Virus record (IMG/VR): IMGVR_UViG_3300035198_000053
Span: 12,430-76,429 of that record
Reading direction: 5' to 3' (one strand)
Origin: a virus
DNA length: 64,000 bases
In this document: positions 37,158-47,649 of the stretch, piece by piece
Position numbering within the stretch: the stretch's first letter is position 1
Layout of the letters: every line of letters begins with the position of its first letter
Position numbers and translations under genes: made by a program
The notes under the pieces: generated by a model
Told to the model about the DNA's origin: nothing
The model's input: only the letters and a program-made list of their open reading frames with translations
Database searches by the model: none

Positions 37158-39783
37158 GCAGGAAATCGCCAAACTCATCATCCGCATAACGGCAGAGACG
37201 GCGCAGATGAAGGCGCAGTTGGCGGATATTCAGTCCCAGCTCAAGCAGAACGTTATCGGCACGCAGAGCATGCTGTCCGATCTCAAGAGTGCTTGGGTGA
37301 AAACGAGCGCCGAGATTATGGCGGCGTACCTTATGGTGAGAAAGGCGATCGACTGGACTGAGATCGGCGCGAAGGCGATGGAGGCCGAGGAGACCTACGG
37401 GAGCGTGACGCGGAGCATGGCCGTGGATGGGGAAAAACTGATCGACCGGCTCAAGCAGGTCGGATACGTCTTCGTTGACACGACGGAACTCATGTCGAAG
37501 TCATCTCGCCTCCTGATGGAGGGCATCAAGCCGGACCAGATCGTAATGATGATGCAAGCGGCGGTCGTCGCGGCCAAGAAGATGCAGATCGACGTCTCGG
37601 ATGCCTTTGATCAGATAACCGAGGCTGTCGTGCGGTTCAACATCCGTGGGGGACTGAAATCCATCTTTCCGATGGACGTAAATCAGGTGTTCGATGATTT
37701 TGCCGCTAGGTCGGGCCGAATGGGCAAGGATCTGAACGACATGGGCAAGCGCCAGGCCATGCTTGAGGAGCTGAGCAAGAGGCTTACCGATCAGACGCAA
37801 AAGATGGGGAACGCCTTCGACCCTGACGCCAGCATGAAAATCCAGAAGTTTAAGAGCGCCCTGAGCGGGCTTGTCGAGATGATGGGGACGGCCCTCGCCA
37901 ACGTCTTCAGCATGGTCTACGACCAGTTCGACGAGTCCATGAAGACGCTCGAATACCTGTGGGGGAAGATACCGGAGCGCTTCAAGGCGACAGTCGTGGA
38001 CGCCCTCCGGAAGCTTTGGACCGAGATATACGGCGCGGAGACGGCCAACAAGGCGATCGACCAACTGACGAAATTCATAAGCATGATGACGGAGAAGGGG
38101 GTACCTAAAACCGCCGCTCCGGGTGTGCCTCCTCCGCCCAAGCCTGAAGACGTGACGGGTCTTTTCAGGGAGAAGACGGTCGAAGAGAAGGCGCGGGAAA
38201 GGCTCGACACCCTCAAGTCGATGATGGAGCAGGGGATCGACATCCGCAAAGCCGCGCTTGAGAAGGGGAAGGCGATAACCGAGGAACTTCTTGCAGTCGA
38301 GGAGAAGGCATGGCAGGAGGGCGTGACCTCCGAGAAGGAATACAACCGGAACCGAGCCGAGCTGGAGCAGGCCTCGATCAAAGATCAGATGTCGGCAGTG
38401 AGCGACGAAATCAACATCACGAAGATAGGCTACCGCGAAATGCTGGAGGTCGTTGGCCTAACGGACGACGAGAGGATAAAGCTGCGCGCGGAGAGGGACA
38501 AGCAGTTCCTGGCCCTAGAAACGCAGTATTTCGTCCTTGAGCAGCAAATGCAGAAGTCCTCGATCGACGCGTCGATAAAGGCTACGGATCTTGAATACAG
38601 GATGCGTCTCCAAAATGGCGAGAACCTTCTGAAGCTCATGCAGGAGCAGGCAGACCGCGAGAAGGAGATAAATGCAGAGAAGATCTCCATGGGCATCATA
38701 AGGCCCGGCTACGCGGCGATCCAGGAGATGGACAATCAGATCAAGATCAACAACGCAACCGTATTGAACCTGCAGCTTCAGCGCGACCTGGCTAAGAACG
38801 ACGCGGAGAAACTTGCGAAGGAGGGCGAGATCAGCCGCCTCCAGGAACAGCAGAACACCCTTGCCGAGAAAAGGGAACTGATGGTCAGACAGGAGGCGAA
38901 GGATCTGAACGACCTCTATCTCAACACGAAGAAGAGCGTCGAGGAGCTTCGGGGCGGATACGTAGCGATGAAAGACGCGGACCTTCAACTTCTTGATATC
39001 GAGCGGAAGCGGATCCTTGTGCTTGAGGGGATCGACGAGAAAACCCGGAACATCCTCTTGCAGGAGAATCAGCTCAAAGAACAGAGCATCAAGGCCGAAA
39101 GAGATATGGATGCTGCGGCCCTCATCGGCATTGGAACTAAACAGGCGGCGATAGACGCGAATACGGTCCTTGCTAACCAGTATAAGAACCTGTTGCCTGC
39201 CGCGATCGATGTCGCACTCAATACGGAAAGCAGTCTCTTCGATAGCGCCATCAGGGGAACATTCGACTGGAGAACTGCGCTGAGAGGCGTGATAGCGGAC
39301 TTCTCCAATCTGGTAAAACAGATCGGTCTCGCCATCGCGAAGCAAGAAATTCTCAACGCCTTGAGCAAGGGTGGAGGAGGAGGCGCGGGGGCAGGCGGGA
39401 TCGCGGGGTTCCTCGGCAGCATATTGGAAGGGATTTTCGGGGGCGGTGCTGCGGCTGAATTACCCTCTGCCGGTGAGGCTGGCGCGACCTCCGCGCTAAT
39501 CGCTCTTCCAGCCCAGCACGGACTCTCGGGCTGGACACGGGGAATTACGCCGTTCCTGGCGGGCGAAGGCGGGGAGTCGGAGTTCGTCTCAATCACGCCC
39601 AAATCGGCATTCTCCGCTCAGGCTGCGGCAAGAGGGAAGGGCGTAAACGGGGAGATCCGCGTAACCCTCGACCCTGGACTTGTGGCACAGTGGAAGCCGG
39701 GGCCAGATGAAATGGATCAGACCATCGCCGTAAAGGTAAGGCAGAAGGGCGCGACCTACCGGGCGCTGAAGGAGACGAGATGA
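37147..39783 (+). CDS. Tape measure protein
   Basis: 878 aa, helical/coiled-coil, C-terminal AQHG..FLAGEGGESE. Confidence 0.88.
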   Translation: MANEQEIAKLIIRITAETAQMKAQLADIQSQLKQNVIGTQSMLSDLKSAWVKTSAEIMAAYLMVRKAIDWTEIGAKAMEAEETYGSVTRSMAVDGEKLIDRLKQVGYVFVDTTELMSKSSRLLMEGIKPDQIVMMMQAAVVAAKKMQIDVSDAFDQITEAVVRFNIRGGLKSIFPMDVNQVFDDFAARSGRMGKDLNDMGKRQAMLEELSKRLTDQTQKMGNAFDPDASMKIQKFKSALSGLVEMMGTALANVFSMVYDQFDESMKTLEYLWGKIPERFKATVVDALRKLWTEIYGAETANKAIDQLTKFISMMTEKGVPKTAAPGVPPPPKPEDVTGLFREKTVEEKARERLDTLKSMMEQGIDIRKAALEKGKAITEELLAVEEKAWQEGVTSEKEYNRNRAELEQASIKDQMSAVSDEINITKIGYREMLEVVGLTDDERIKLRAERDKQFLALETQYFVLEQQMQKSSIDASIKATDLEYRMRLQNGENLLKLMQEQADREKEINAEKISMGIIRPGYAAIQEMDNQIKINNATVLNLQLQRDLAKNDAEKLAKEGEISRLQEQQNTLAEKRELMVRQEAKDLNDLYLNTKKSVEELRGGYVAMKDADLQLLDIERKRILVLEGIDEKTRNILLQENQLKEQSIKAERDMDAAALIGIGTKQAAIDANTVLANQYKNLLPAAIDVALNTESSLFDSAIRGTFDWRTALRGVIADFSNLVKQIGLAIAKQEILNALSKGGGGGAGAGGIAGFLGSILEGIFGGGAAAELPSAGEAGATSALIALPAQHGLSGWTRGITPFLAGEGGESEFVSITPKSAFSAQAAARGKGVNGEIRVTLDPGLVAQWKPGPDEMDQTIAVKVRQKGATYRALKETR

Positions 39784-39784
39784 C

Positions 39785-41461
39785 ATGATAAGCTATTCAC
39801 AAATCCAGTTGAGGAGGGGCTCGGCGGCGGAGTGGACGGAGGCGAATCCGACGCTCCTGTCCGGTGAGCCCGGGTATGAGACGGACACAAGGTTTCTGAA
39901 GATCGGGGACGGCTCCACCCCGTGGGTCACCCTGCCCTATTATCAGCAGGGGAGCGGGATTTTCGATGTCCGCAACTACTCATCCATCAATGCCGCCATT
40001 GCCGCCATCGGGTCCACGCAGGGAACCATTCTGGTCTCAACAGCGCAGACACTCACGGACGATCTCATTGTCCCGTCAACGCTCTCTCTTGTCATCCCCA
40101 AAGGGGGATCAATCGCCAAGGCGTCAAACCACACTTTGACAATCAACGGGCCGCTTGAAGCTGGGGATTATCCGGTTTTTAGTGGTTTTAATAATGGAGA
40201 TGTTACTTTTGGACCGGGGGCAGTCAAAGAAGTCCCTATTATGTGGTTTCTTCCCGCCGATTATGTCGCTGATGGATCTATAGATTATTCGACTCAGATC
40301 CAGACGGCGGCTACAGCAGCGGCTACGGCAGGTAAACCCTTATTAATTCCTGCCGGTAAATGGCAGATCGCAGGACAGGTAGTAATGCCAGTGGGACTTA
40401 AAATATATGGATATTCCAAACATGGAACAATCATCCCTGGGACGGGATTGGCAACTCTGACCAATGGTTCTGTCATCTATTGTACCGGAACGACATTGGC
40501 CCCATTTTTATACACTTCTGGAAATCACTTTGAGGGGTTGACTTTCTATTATCCAAATCAACTTCGGACGGCAGAAACTCCAACAGTGTACCCGGCGACA
40601 TTTCTTCACGCCACAGTTGGAAGTGAAGATCCTCCAATGGTTAACGTCTCCTGGAGGGATTGCCAGTTTGTTAATTCATATAAGTGGATTGACGCCTTAG
40701 TCGGGCATCTGGACTTTGAGTTCACAAACCTGGTCGGTTGCCCAATATCCATAGGAATAGAAATTGATGGTTCCGGGGGGACAGATCGCCTTAGTAATAT
40801 TCACCAGTCCTGGTATTATTGGTGCCAGGCGGGAGATGCGGCGGCGACATGGATACAGGCGCATTCCTTAGGTATTCGAGTGGGAAGGGCGGATGCAATA
40901 GAGATGGATCGAATCTTTACTGCCAATCTCAATTATGGGATGCAGTTCTTTTACGGATCGGTCAATACCGCTTCCGGACCCTACGGGTATCTAAGTAGCT
41001 ATTCCTCTGATGGCTGTAATGTCGGAATATTCGTTGAGGCTACACACCCAATTGGGATGGCGTTATCAAATCCCATGATTAATGCAAAAATAGCTGGGAT
41101 ATGGGCGTATAGCGCAAGTTCCTATCCTGTTAATTTATCCATAACGGGGGGGAAATTCTGGGGGGCAGTCGAACGTCAGATCAGAATGGCCTCGGATGGG
41201 ATCTTAAGGGTAAGTAACGTGGAGTTTTGGGATTCCACCGTTTTTCACACAACTGTTGATGTGGCTGCGTGCGATATAAGTCTGGCTAACTGCAAGTTTG
41301 AGGCGGGTGTGGCCCCTCTATACAGTGATGGGGTAATATGTAATACATTAATGCTTTCTAATAACGAATTTGGCCAAGCCCCGGTCTTAAACGCCACTCC
41401 GGCTACAATCTATAGGTACAGGGGAAACACTTATCTGGCAGACGCAGCGGGTGGCGGATGA
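39785..41461 (+). CDS. Tailspike-like protein: Mtd N-terminal domain plus beta-helix
   Basis: IQLRRGSAAEW..NPTL..GEPGYETDT..KIGDG..W..LPY; then IQTAA..LLIPAG.W pectate-lyase-like region. Confidence 0.8.
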   Translation: MISYSQIQLRRGSAAEWTEANPTLLSGEPGYETDTRFLKIGDGSTPWVTLPYYQQGSGIFDVRNYSSINAAIAAIGSTQGTILVSTAQTLTDDLIVPSTLSLVIPKGGSIAKASNHTLTINGPLEAGDYPVFSGFNNGDVTFGPGAVKEVPIMWFLPADYVADGSIDYSTQIQTAATAAATAGKPLLIPAGKWQIAGQVVMPVGLKIYGYSKHGTIIPGTGLATLTNGSVIYCTGTTLAPFLYTSGNHFEGLTFYYPNQLRTAETPTVYPATFLHATVGSEDPPMVNVSWRDCQFVNSYKWIDALVGHLDFEFTNLVGCPISIGIEIDGSGGTDRLSNIHQSWYYWCQAGDAAATWIQAHSLGIRVGRADAIEMDRIFTANLNYGMQFFYGSVNTASGPYGYLSSYSSDGCNVGIFVEATHPIGMALSNPMINAKIAGIWAYSASSYPVNLSITGGKFWGAVERQIRMASDGILRVSNVEFWDSTVFHTTVDVAACDISLANCKFEAGVAPLYSDGVICNTLMLSNNEFGQAPVLNATPATIYRYRGNTYLADAAGGG

Positions 41462-41566
41462 TAGAGGAGACGGATTGATTTTTGATACACCATTTTTTCA
41501 ATACTACATTCGCTTAATTCTATTCTGGGGACTTGATCAATCGCCAATTAAGCTGGGGGTACAAGA

Positions 41567-42151
41567 TTGACAGACATCCTTGACGGGGGGGCGCCGTCTG
41601 GCTTTCCCGCCTACACGGGTATCCCGTATTTCCCGATATTCGATCCGCAGGATCCGGACCCGTATACCGTAGACTGGCCCCTCAAGGAAAATCAGTTTCT
41701 GGGTCCCGAATCTGAGCGGTGCTCGAAGGAGTACAAGGTCCGAACCTGGAAAACCCGGTTCATCGCCCAGGACAAATGGCGGAACGCGGGGACATGGCAG
41801 GCGAGCCATGCCTATTCGGTCGGTGACTGCGTCAAGGATGGGAGCTACGTCTACATGGCGGTCGAGGACGGCGTGAGTGGAGGATCGACACCATCATGGC
41901 CCACCACGGAGGAGGACACCGTCGATGACGGGAGTGTCACCTGGATCTGTTACAACAGCAGCCAGATTACATGTCTACTCAATTTCATAGACAACCGGCA
42001 GGGGGGGGCGCAGTCGTTCTACGTCTGGATGCCTCTCATGCAGGAATGGGTACTCGCCGTGTTACCGAAGGACCCCTTTGAGATAACGCCCGTCGGCGGA
42101 GGGATGATAAATGCGGTGTATGTCGAGATAAAATTCGAGGAGATCCAATAG
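41567..42151 (+). CDS. Minor tail protein (gpM/distal-tail-like) with CBM-like insert
   Basis: F...R.GG..SF; insert WQASHAYSVGD.V..YVY..G.SG...P.WPT..VDDGSVTW. Confidence 0.65.
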   Translation: MTDILDGGAPSGFPAYTGIPYFPIFDPQDPDPYTVDWPLKENQFLGPESERCSKEYKVRTWKTRFIAQDKWRNAGTWQASHAYSVGDCVKDGSYVYMAVEDGVSGGSTPSWPTTEEDTVDDGSVTWICYNSSQITCLLNFIDNRQGGAQSFYVWMPLMQEWVLAVLPKDPFEITPVGGGMINAVYVEIKFEEIQ

Positions 42152-43165
42152 ATGCCACTGACGGCCTCGGACGACCTCAAAACCGAAAAGAATAAGACAG
42201 AGCAGATTTCAGCATGGCTCAAGCTGTTCAAGGTCGAGGGGCCGTCAAGGACGAACCTGATTCCGTCTTCTGAGGACTTTACGGGGTGGACAACCTCCAA
42301 CGCCTCCGTGACGGCAGACCAGGCCGAGGCCCCCGACAGCAACATTACCGGAGACAAGGTCACGATATCCTCCGCAAATGGATACATCGAATACACCTAC
42401 ACTGAAGCGGACCCGAGGGGTAAAAGTTATACGTTCTCCGTCTTCGCCAAGAAGGGAACGATCAATCCGAATTTCAACTCCTTCAGACTGCGCATTTGCC
42501 GAGGCTCCGATCTTGAGCCTGTTCTGGCCTACGGAAACCGGATACCGTGGATCCCCTGCTATAACGGATGGTTGAGGGGTAAGGTGTCGGTCGCGTTCTC
42601 CGACCCGACGGCGGGCACCAACGTGAAAGTGTCGGTCCGCGCCTCGAAGACCGGGGATTTTTACCTTTGGGGAGCGATGCTCGAGGCACTTTCAACCCTG
42701 AGCTTCTACCTTCCCACAACCGGCACCGGACGGACCTCCACATACCTGCACTTGGTCGACTTCAACCGCTACATCTCCTTCGGCGGCGAGTGCTATTCTC
42801 CCTTTCCGATCAAGCTCGACAAGCTGACAGCAGCCACTCAGGGCGCGAGTCCGTCCGTAAGTGTCATGGTATCCAACGCCGGGCGGTACTTGACGAGCTA
42901 TCTTCGGGACAACCAGGGCATGGTAGACAAGACCGTGGAAATAACGTGGGTGAACCGGGCCTTCCTGTCGGACCCGGCACTGACTGCGATTACAGAGTCT
43001 TTCGAGATCCAGGGGCAGGCGGAAGACTCGGCCACGGAGATGGCCTCTTTCAGCCTGGGAATCGGCAAGGGCCAAAACATCGAGGGGCCGGTGGGAGATT
43101 TCAACCGCTCCTTCGCGCCGTCCATTCCGATCGTGAGCCCGCGCGTGAGCATCGGAATCATCTAA
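42152..43165 (+). CDS. Minor tail protein (gpL-like) with carbohydrate-binding-like insert
   Basis: EKNK..W..L, F.GE.Y.PFP, V.VSN; insert RTNLIPSSEDF..YTFSVF..WGAMLE. Confidence 0.7.
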   Translation: MPLTASDDLKTEKNKTEQISAWLKLFKVEGPSRTNLIPSSEDFTGWTTSNASVTADQAEAPDSNITGDKVTISSANGYIEYTYTEADPRGKSYTFSVFAKKGTINPNFNSFRLRICRGSDLEPVLAYGNRIPWIPCYNGWLRGKVSVAFSDPTAGTNVKVSVRASKTGDFYLWGAMLEALSTLSFYLPTTGTGRTSTYLHLVDFNRYISFGGECYSPFPIKLDKLTAATQGASPSVSVMVSNAGRYLTSYLRDNQGMVDKTVEITWVNRAFLSDPALTAITESFEIQGQAEDSATEMASFSLGIGKGQNIEGPVGDFNRSFAPSIPIVSPRVSIGII

Positions 43166-43177
43166 CCGAGGCACAAT

Positions 43178-43525
43178 ATGATCACGGCGGACGAGATAAT
43201 AGACAAATACCTCGGAAAAAGAATAGGAGTGGGGCCCTCGGTCTGCTTCAGATTCGTGAAGGAAGTTCTCCGGCAGGAGTTCGGCTTTGTCCTCCAAGAT
43301 GACTATCTGGAGATGCTGGGGAGATTCAAACAGATCCATAGCCCTAAATTGGGGGACATCGTATTAATGAGAACGCATCCGGTCGTCCCGAACCATGTCG
43401 GGATCTACTTGCGCGACGGCAAGTTCATCCATTGCGGGCTAAGGCAATCCGGCGAGGTCGTACTCTCCGATGTCAAGGACGTTTTCTATGGCATGAGGAT
43501 CGTGGCGTTTCTGAGGTACAGATGA
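43178..43525 (+). CDS. NlpC/P60-like tail assembly protein (gpK-like)
   Basis: CFRFV, GDIVL, HVGIYL..GKFIH. Confidence 0.8.
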   Translation: MITADEIIDKYLGKRIGVGPSVCFRFVKEVLRQEFGFVLQDDYLEMLGRFKQIHSPKLGDIVLMRTHPVVPNHVGIYLRDGKFIHCGLRQSGEVVLSDVKDVFYGMRIVAFLRYR

Positions 43526-46500
43526 TCACAATCCGCTTTCCGCAGGGCATCAAAAAAGAGGGTCGCGTTGACTGGGGAGTGGAGAGAAAACCATTCCGTC
43601 TGGGCGTTCCCCTCTCCGCATACATCCCTGAAAACCTGAAGTCCCTGCCCGTAAACAGAATTATCTGCTCCGGCCGCATGATCCCCGAAAAGCCCCCACA
43701 TGATTTCGTGCCCACCGACCCTAAAGTCTTTGATGCACTCTTTCCCCGCGACGAAGACGAGATAACGATCATCCCGGCGATACAGGAACCCGCTTCAGGC
43801 TCGATATTACTCAGCATAGCCATCGACCTGGCGATCGCCGCCGCGATGACAGGGCTATCCATCCTCGTCAACAAACTGCTTGCTCCCCACCCGCAGAAGA
43901 CGTCCCTTCCCAACAGTCCCCCCACAACGCAGGGGTGGAATGGCCTTCAAAATACCTACGGGCCGGGCAACCCCATACCCGTCATTTTCGGAGAGACCAG
44001 ATGCCCTGTGGAGGTGCTCTATTGGATCGTCCGGCAGGAATACGTCAAGAAAAACGGCAAGAAAATCGATCTCTCAAAGACAAAATCATGGGCAATGTTC
44101 GGCGGGAGTTTCGGGAGGAAAGTCCACGCGATCTCCAATGTGATGATCAACGGCAACCCGTACACGAACTATGGGGACGACGTCGAGGTCTTCACCAGGC
44201 TGGGGGCGATAGGACAGTCCGCCGTCCCGGGATTCAACGAGCAGGGCGTCACCTACGAAGTAGACACTGAGATCACGGATGGTGGCCCATTTACTTACAC
44301 AACCACGGGGACGAACCTCACGGCCCTTGAACTGCTCTTCAGCGCCCCTCAGGGCATAGCCCAGATAGACGGGAACGGGAACATCCGCGCCTACAAGGTC
44401 AAGTACACGGTGCGGTATAAGAAACACTCCCTATCCGTGCCTCCAGGCTCATGGACCGACCTCGGGGAGCACGAGGCCTCCGCGAACACGACGAATATCT
44501 GCCGCTGGAACAAAAGGATCGACGAGCTCGACGAGGATCGATACGATGTCGAGTTGCAGCGGACCTCGGCGATCGGGACATCCAAGTTCGGGCAGCTTTT
44601 CCTGCACAGTGTAACCGAGTTCACCGAAACAGAGGCCCTGGCCTATGAGGGGCTCTCGACGGTCTGGATCAAGGCACTTGCGGCCGAGGGGCTGTCGGAC
44701 CAGCCCTTCACGGTGACGGCGGACATCCAGGGGATAGAGTGTCCGATCTGGGATCGCGACACCGGTTTGTGGACAACAAACGTCTATTACACCGACAACC
44801 CCGCCGCGCATTGCCGGGAGATCATGGCCAACGACGAGGTGATCAAATGCAACGGAGTGGACCTTCCTCCGTGGGGGTTTGGCCCGTGGTGCGGCGCGGG
44901 AAAGATAGACGATGACTCATGGGGTGCGTTCTACGAATACTGCGCGGAGGCAAACCTTCTGACTTGGTCTGAGAAGTTCGATGACGACGACTGGGTCAAG
45001 ACCGACATGACTGTCACGCCGGATGCGGGCACGGCCCCGAATGACCCCGACGACCTGACCTTCTGCCAGACTCTGACGGCTACCGGGGCAAACGCGACGA
45101 TCCTCCAGGCATATTCAGGGGCAAGCGCCGAAAGAACTTTTTCGGTCTATCTCAAAAGAAAGACGGGGACCGGAAATATCCAAATCACCCAGGACGGGGG
45201 GTCGAGCTGGGAGACGGTGACGATCACGAACACGGATTTTACCCGCGTGGACATGACCGATGCGGTCTCGAATCCCTCCGTGGGAATCAGGATTGTCGCA
45301 AGCGGAGATGAGATCTACGCCTTCGGGGCGATGCTCAATATTGGGGACGCGCCGTTCTCCTACCTCGCCTCCGATGCCGTGGGCGGGATCCCAAGGCACA
45401 GCAACAATCTAGTTTGGAACTCCCGCAAAACCATGGACGGGATACTTGACGACATACTGTTCGCCTCCAGGGGGAAGAAATCCCGTTTCCGGGGAAAGTG
45501 GAGGGTTTCCCCGCGCAGACTTAGCGACCCGTCGCAGAAGTTCAACAGCGGGAATCTTATCGCGTGCCAGATGGAGCGCGGGAAGGAGATCCGCGACTAC
45601 AATGCTCTGCAGGTGACGTACATATCCAAGGACCAGAACTATACGCCCACGTCGTTTCAGGCCGACCTTGGGATCTCCCCGCTGAAAGTCAAGAATATAT
45701 CGGTCTACGGCATCAACAATGCCAGGGAGGCGTATCGACTTGCCCGCTTCCTCTTGAATCTTGCCTACTATACCATCGAACGGCCCAAACTGAAGGCCTC
45801 CATCGACGCCATCCTCTGCATGCCGGGGGACACGATCCGGTTCAGTGATGCGGCTGCGGGGATCGGGATATACGACGGGCGTGTGAAGTACGACTCGACC
45901 GTCCTGGATACTGTTCGGGTTGAACAGCAGTTGACAGCGGAGGCTGGAAAGACCTACCAAGTGGTCATTCGGTACTCCGGCGGGGCAAACCCGGATCTGA
46001 TTGAGACAAGGGACGTTGCTACCGTGTCGGGGGATATTGTGACTGTAGTTCCAAATTTCACGCAACTACCGAAACGGGGGGACCTGATCACGTTCGGGGA
46101 GACACACCTCGTTACCAAGACCTATTGGGTGGACGATTGGGCAAGCGCCGACGAGGAGGTCATCGACCTAGTGTGCTCGGAAGAGAACTCCCTGATTTAT
46201 AACGACTGGGGGACGCCTCCGGTGGAGGAGGCTGCCTCATACCCATATGCAGACGTTCCTCCGAACCAGATCCAGACCATGAACGTGACCGAGGAAACCT
46301 ACATGAGTCAGGACGGGCAGTGGACGACGAATCTCAGACTCTTCTGGCAGATGCCGGCCGCGGACCCCGACAAGGGGTTCTACCGCTCCGCAAATCTCTA
46401 TTACTCTATCCCGGATTTGATCGAATACCTGGGGACCTTCGAGTCAGGCGAGACGTGGAGTGGGGGCGCGGCGGACACCACATGGCCCGAGTTCCGCGAG

Positions 46501-47634
46501 CGGGAGGGCACGAGGAGCAGGAAAATCGCACCCACCACCGACGGGAACTGGATCCAATCCGAAAGGACCGACTGCTCTCCGTTCGACCTCTCCGGAAGCG
46601 CGGATTTCGTCTGCTCGGTCTGGTGTTACATTAACGAGATCCTGAAGGCGTATAATGGCAACTGCGTTGGAATAGTCCTCAAAACCGATGAATCAAATTA
46701 TTTCTTGAAGGAGTTCAACCGTAACAGCCTTGACTCGGGTTGGCAACTTCTGATAGCAACAAAGGCCGAGCTTGAGGCCGGACAGATAGGCTCCCCGGAT
46801 TGGGCCTCGGTCATTCCGGTGGTGGAGTTCAGGCGCGGCAAATCGGGAGGATATGCCTGCTTCGACACCTTCCGCTGTGTGGGGTCTCCGAGCTGGATCT
46901 TCCTCGACAGCGCGCCCGGTACTGACTACTACTGGCCGAACGCTCAGCAGGGCACCTTCTTCCTCTTCAAAGCGGAGGCAGTCTCCGGCCTCGGCGCCGT
47001 GAATACGGTCAACCCGCCGTATGCGGGGATCCTCACCATGGGCAAGACGGACTACCCAACCGATGTTGTGTTTGATGATGTCAACAGCAACTTCGACGGG
47101 GAATACCCGGTAATAGAATGGTCGGAGATCACCGACGCGGACCTTCAGGGCGTTGAACTTAGGTATGGAGCCTCCTGGGCGGAGGGGACGAAAATAGACC
47201 TCTTTTCTAAAAAAACGACCAAATTCAAATGGATCAAGTACAAGGCGGAGTACGGATCCAGCGGGGGGAGAGTCGTCACGGTCTGGGGCAAGGCTCTGGA
47301 CAACTATGGCAACTATTCCCTTGCGGAGGATTCGATTACTCTGATCAACCCAGCCGAAGACATGTCCGGCATCACAATCACGGTGAAGTCGGTTAGGCAC
47401 GGGACAAAGAAAAATTACACGATCGGATGGGCATCTTACAGCCTCCCGCCGGACCATGACCACTGCGATGTTTATGGATCCGCGGAGGCTACCTGCACTA
47501 TCACGGACGCCAACAAGCTAATTCCCGGAGTAAAAGGAAAGTCTGCGTCCATAATTGGGCTTCCCGCTGGCATTGTGTACGACTGGCGGGTTGTCGGGGC
47601 GGACGTGTTCGGGGACGGAACGCCAACCAATTAG
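43522..47634 (+). CDS. Central tail tip / host specificity protein (gpI+gpJ-like)
   Basis: IPVIFGE, TDNPA, YNALQVTY, DAI.CMPGD.I, C-terminal FN3-like segments. Confidence 0.85.
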   Translation: MITIRFPQGIKKEGRVDWGVERKPFRLGVPLSAYIPENLKSLPVNRIICSGRMIPEKPPHDFVPTDPKVFDALFPRDEDEITIIPAIQEPASGSILLSIAIDLAIAAAMTGLSILVNKLLAPHPQKTSLPNSPPTTQGWNGLQNTYGPGNPIPVIFGETRCPVEVLYWIVRQEYVKKNGKKIDLSKTKSWAMFGGSFGRKVHAISNVMINGNPYTNYGDDVEVFTRLGAIGQSAVPGFNEQGVTYEVDTEITDGGPFTYTTTGTNLTALELLFSAPQGIAQIDGNGNIRAYKVKYTVRYKKHSLSVPPGSWTDLGEHEASANTTNICRWNKRIDELDEDRYDVELQRTSAIGTSKFGQLFLHSVTEFTETEALAYEGLSTVWIKALAAEGLSDQPFTVTADIQGIECPIWDRDTGLWTTNVYYTDNPAAHCREIMANDEVIKCNGVDLPPWGFGPWCGAGKIDDDSWGAFYEYCAEANLLTWSEKFDDDDWVKTDMTVTPDAGTAPNDPDDLTFCQTLTATGANATILQAYSGASAERTFSVYLKRKTGTGNIQITQDGGSSWETVTITNTDFTRVDMTDAVSNPSVGIRIVASGDEIYAFGAMLNIGDAPFSYLASDAVGGIPRHSNNLVWNSRKTMDGILDDILFASRGKKSRFRGKWRVSPRRLSDPSQKFNSGNLIACQMERGKEIRDYNALQVTYISKDQNYTPTSFQADLGISPLKVKNISVYGINNAREAYRLARFLLNLAYYTIERPKLKASIDAILCMPGDTIRFSDAAAGIGIYDGRVKYDSTVLDTVRVEQQLTAEAGKTYQVVIRYSGGANPDLIETRDVATVSGDIVTVVPNFTQLPKRGDLITFGETHLVTKTYWVDDWASADEEVIDLVCSEENSLIYNDWGTPPVEEAASYPYADVPPNQIQTMNVTEETYMSQDGQWTTNLRLFWQMPAADPDKGFYRSANLYYSIPDLIEYLGTFESGETWSGGAADTTWPEFREREGTRSRKIAPTTDGNWIQSERTDCSPFDLSGSADFVCSVWCYINEILKAYNGNCVGIVLKTDESNYFLKEFNRNSLDSGWQLLIATKAELEAGQIGSPDWASVIPVVEFRRGKSGGYACFDTFRCVGSPSWIFLDSAPGTDYYWPNAQQGTFFLFKAEAVSGLGAVNTVNPPYAGILTMGKTDYPTDVVFDDVNSNFDGEYPVIEWSEITDADLQGVELRYGASWAEGTKIDLFSKKTTKFKWIKYKAEYGSSGGRVVTVWGKALDNYGNYSLAEDSITLINPAEDMSGITITVKSVRHGTKKNYTIGWASYSLPPDHDHCDVYGSAEATCTITDANKLIPGVKGKSASIIGLPAGIVYDWRVVGADVFGDGTPTN

Positions 47635-47649
47635 AACAGGAAAATATCA

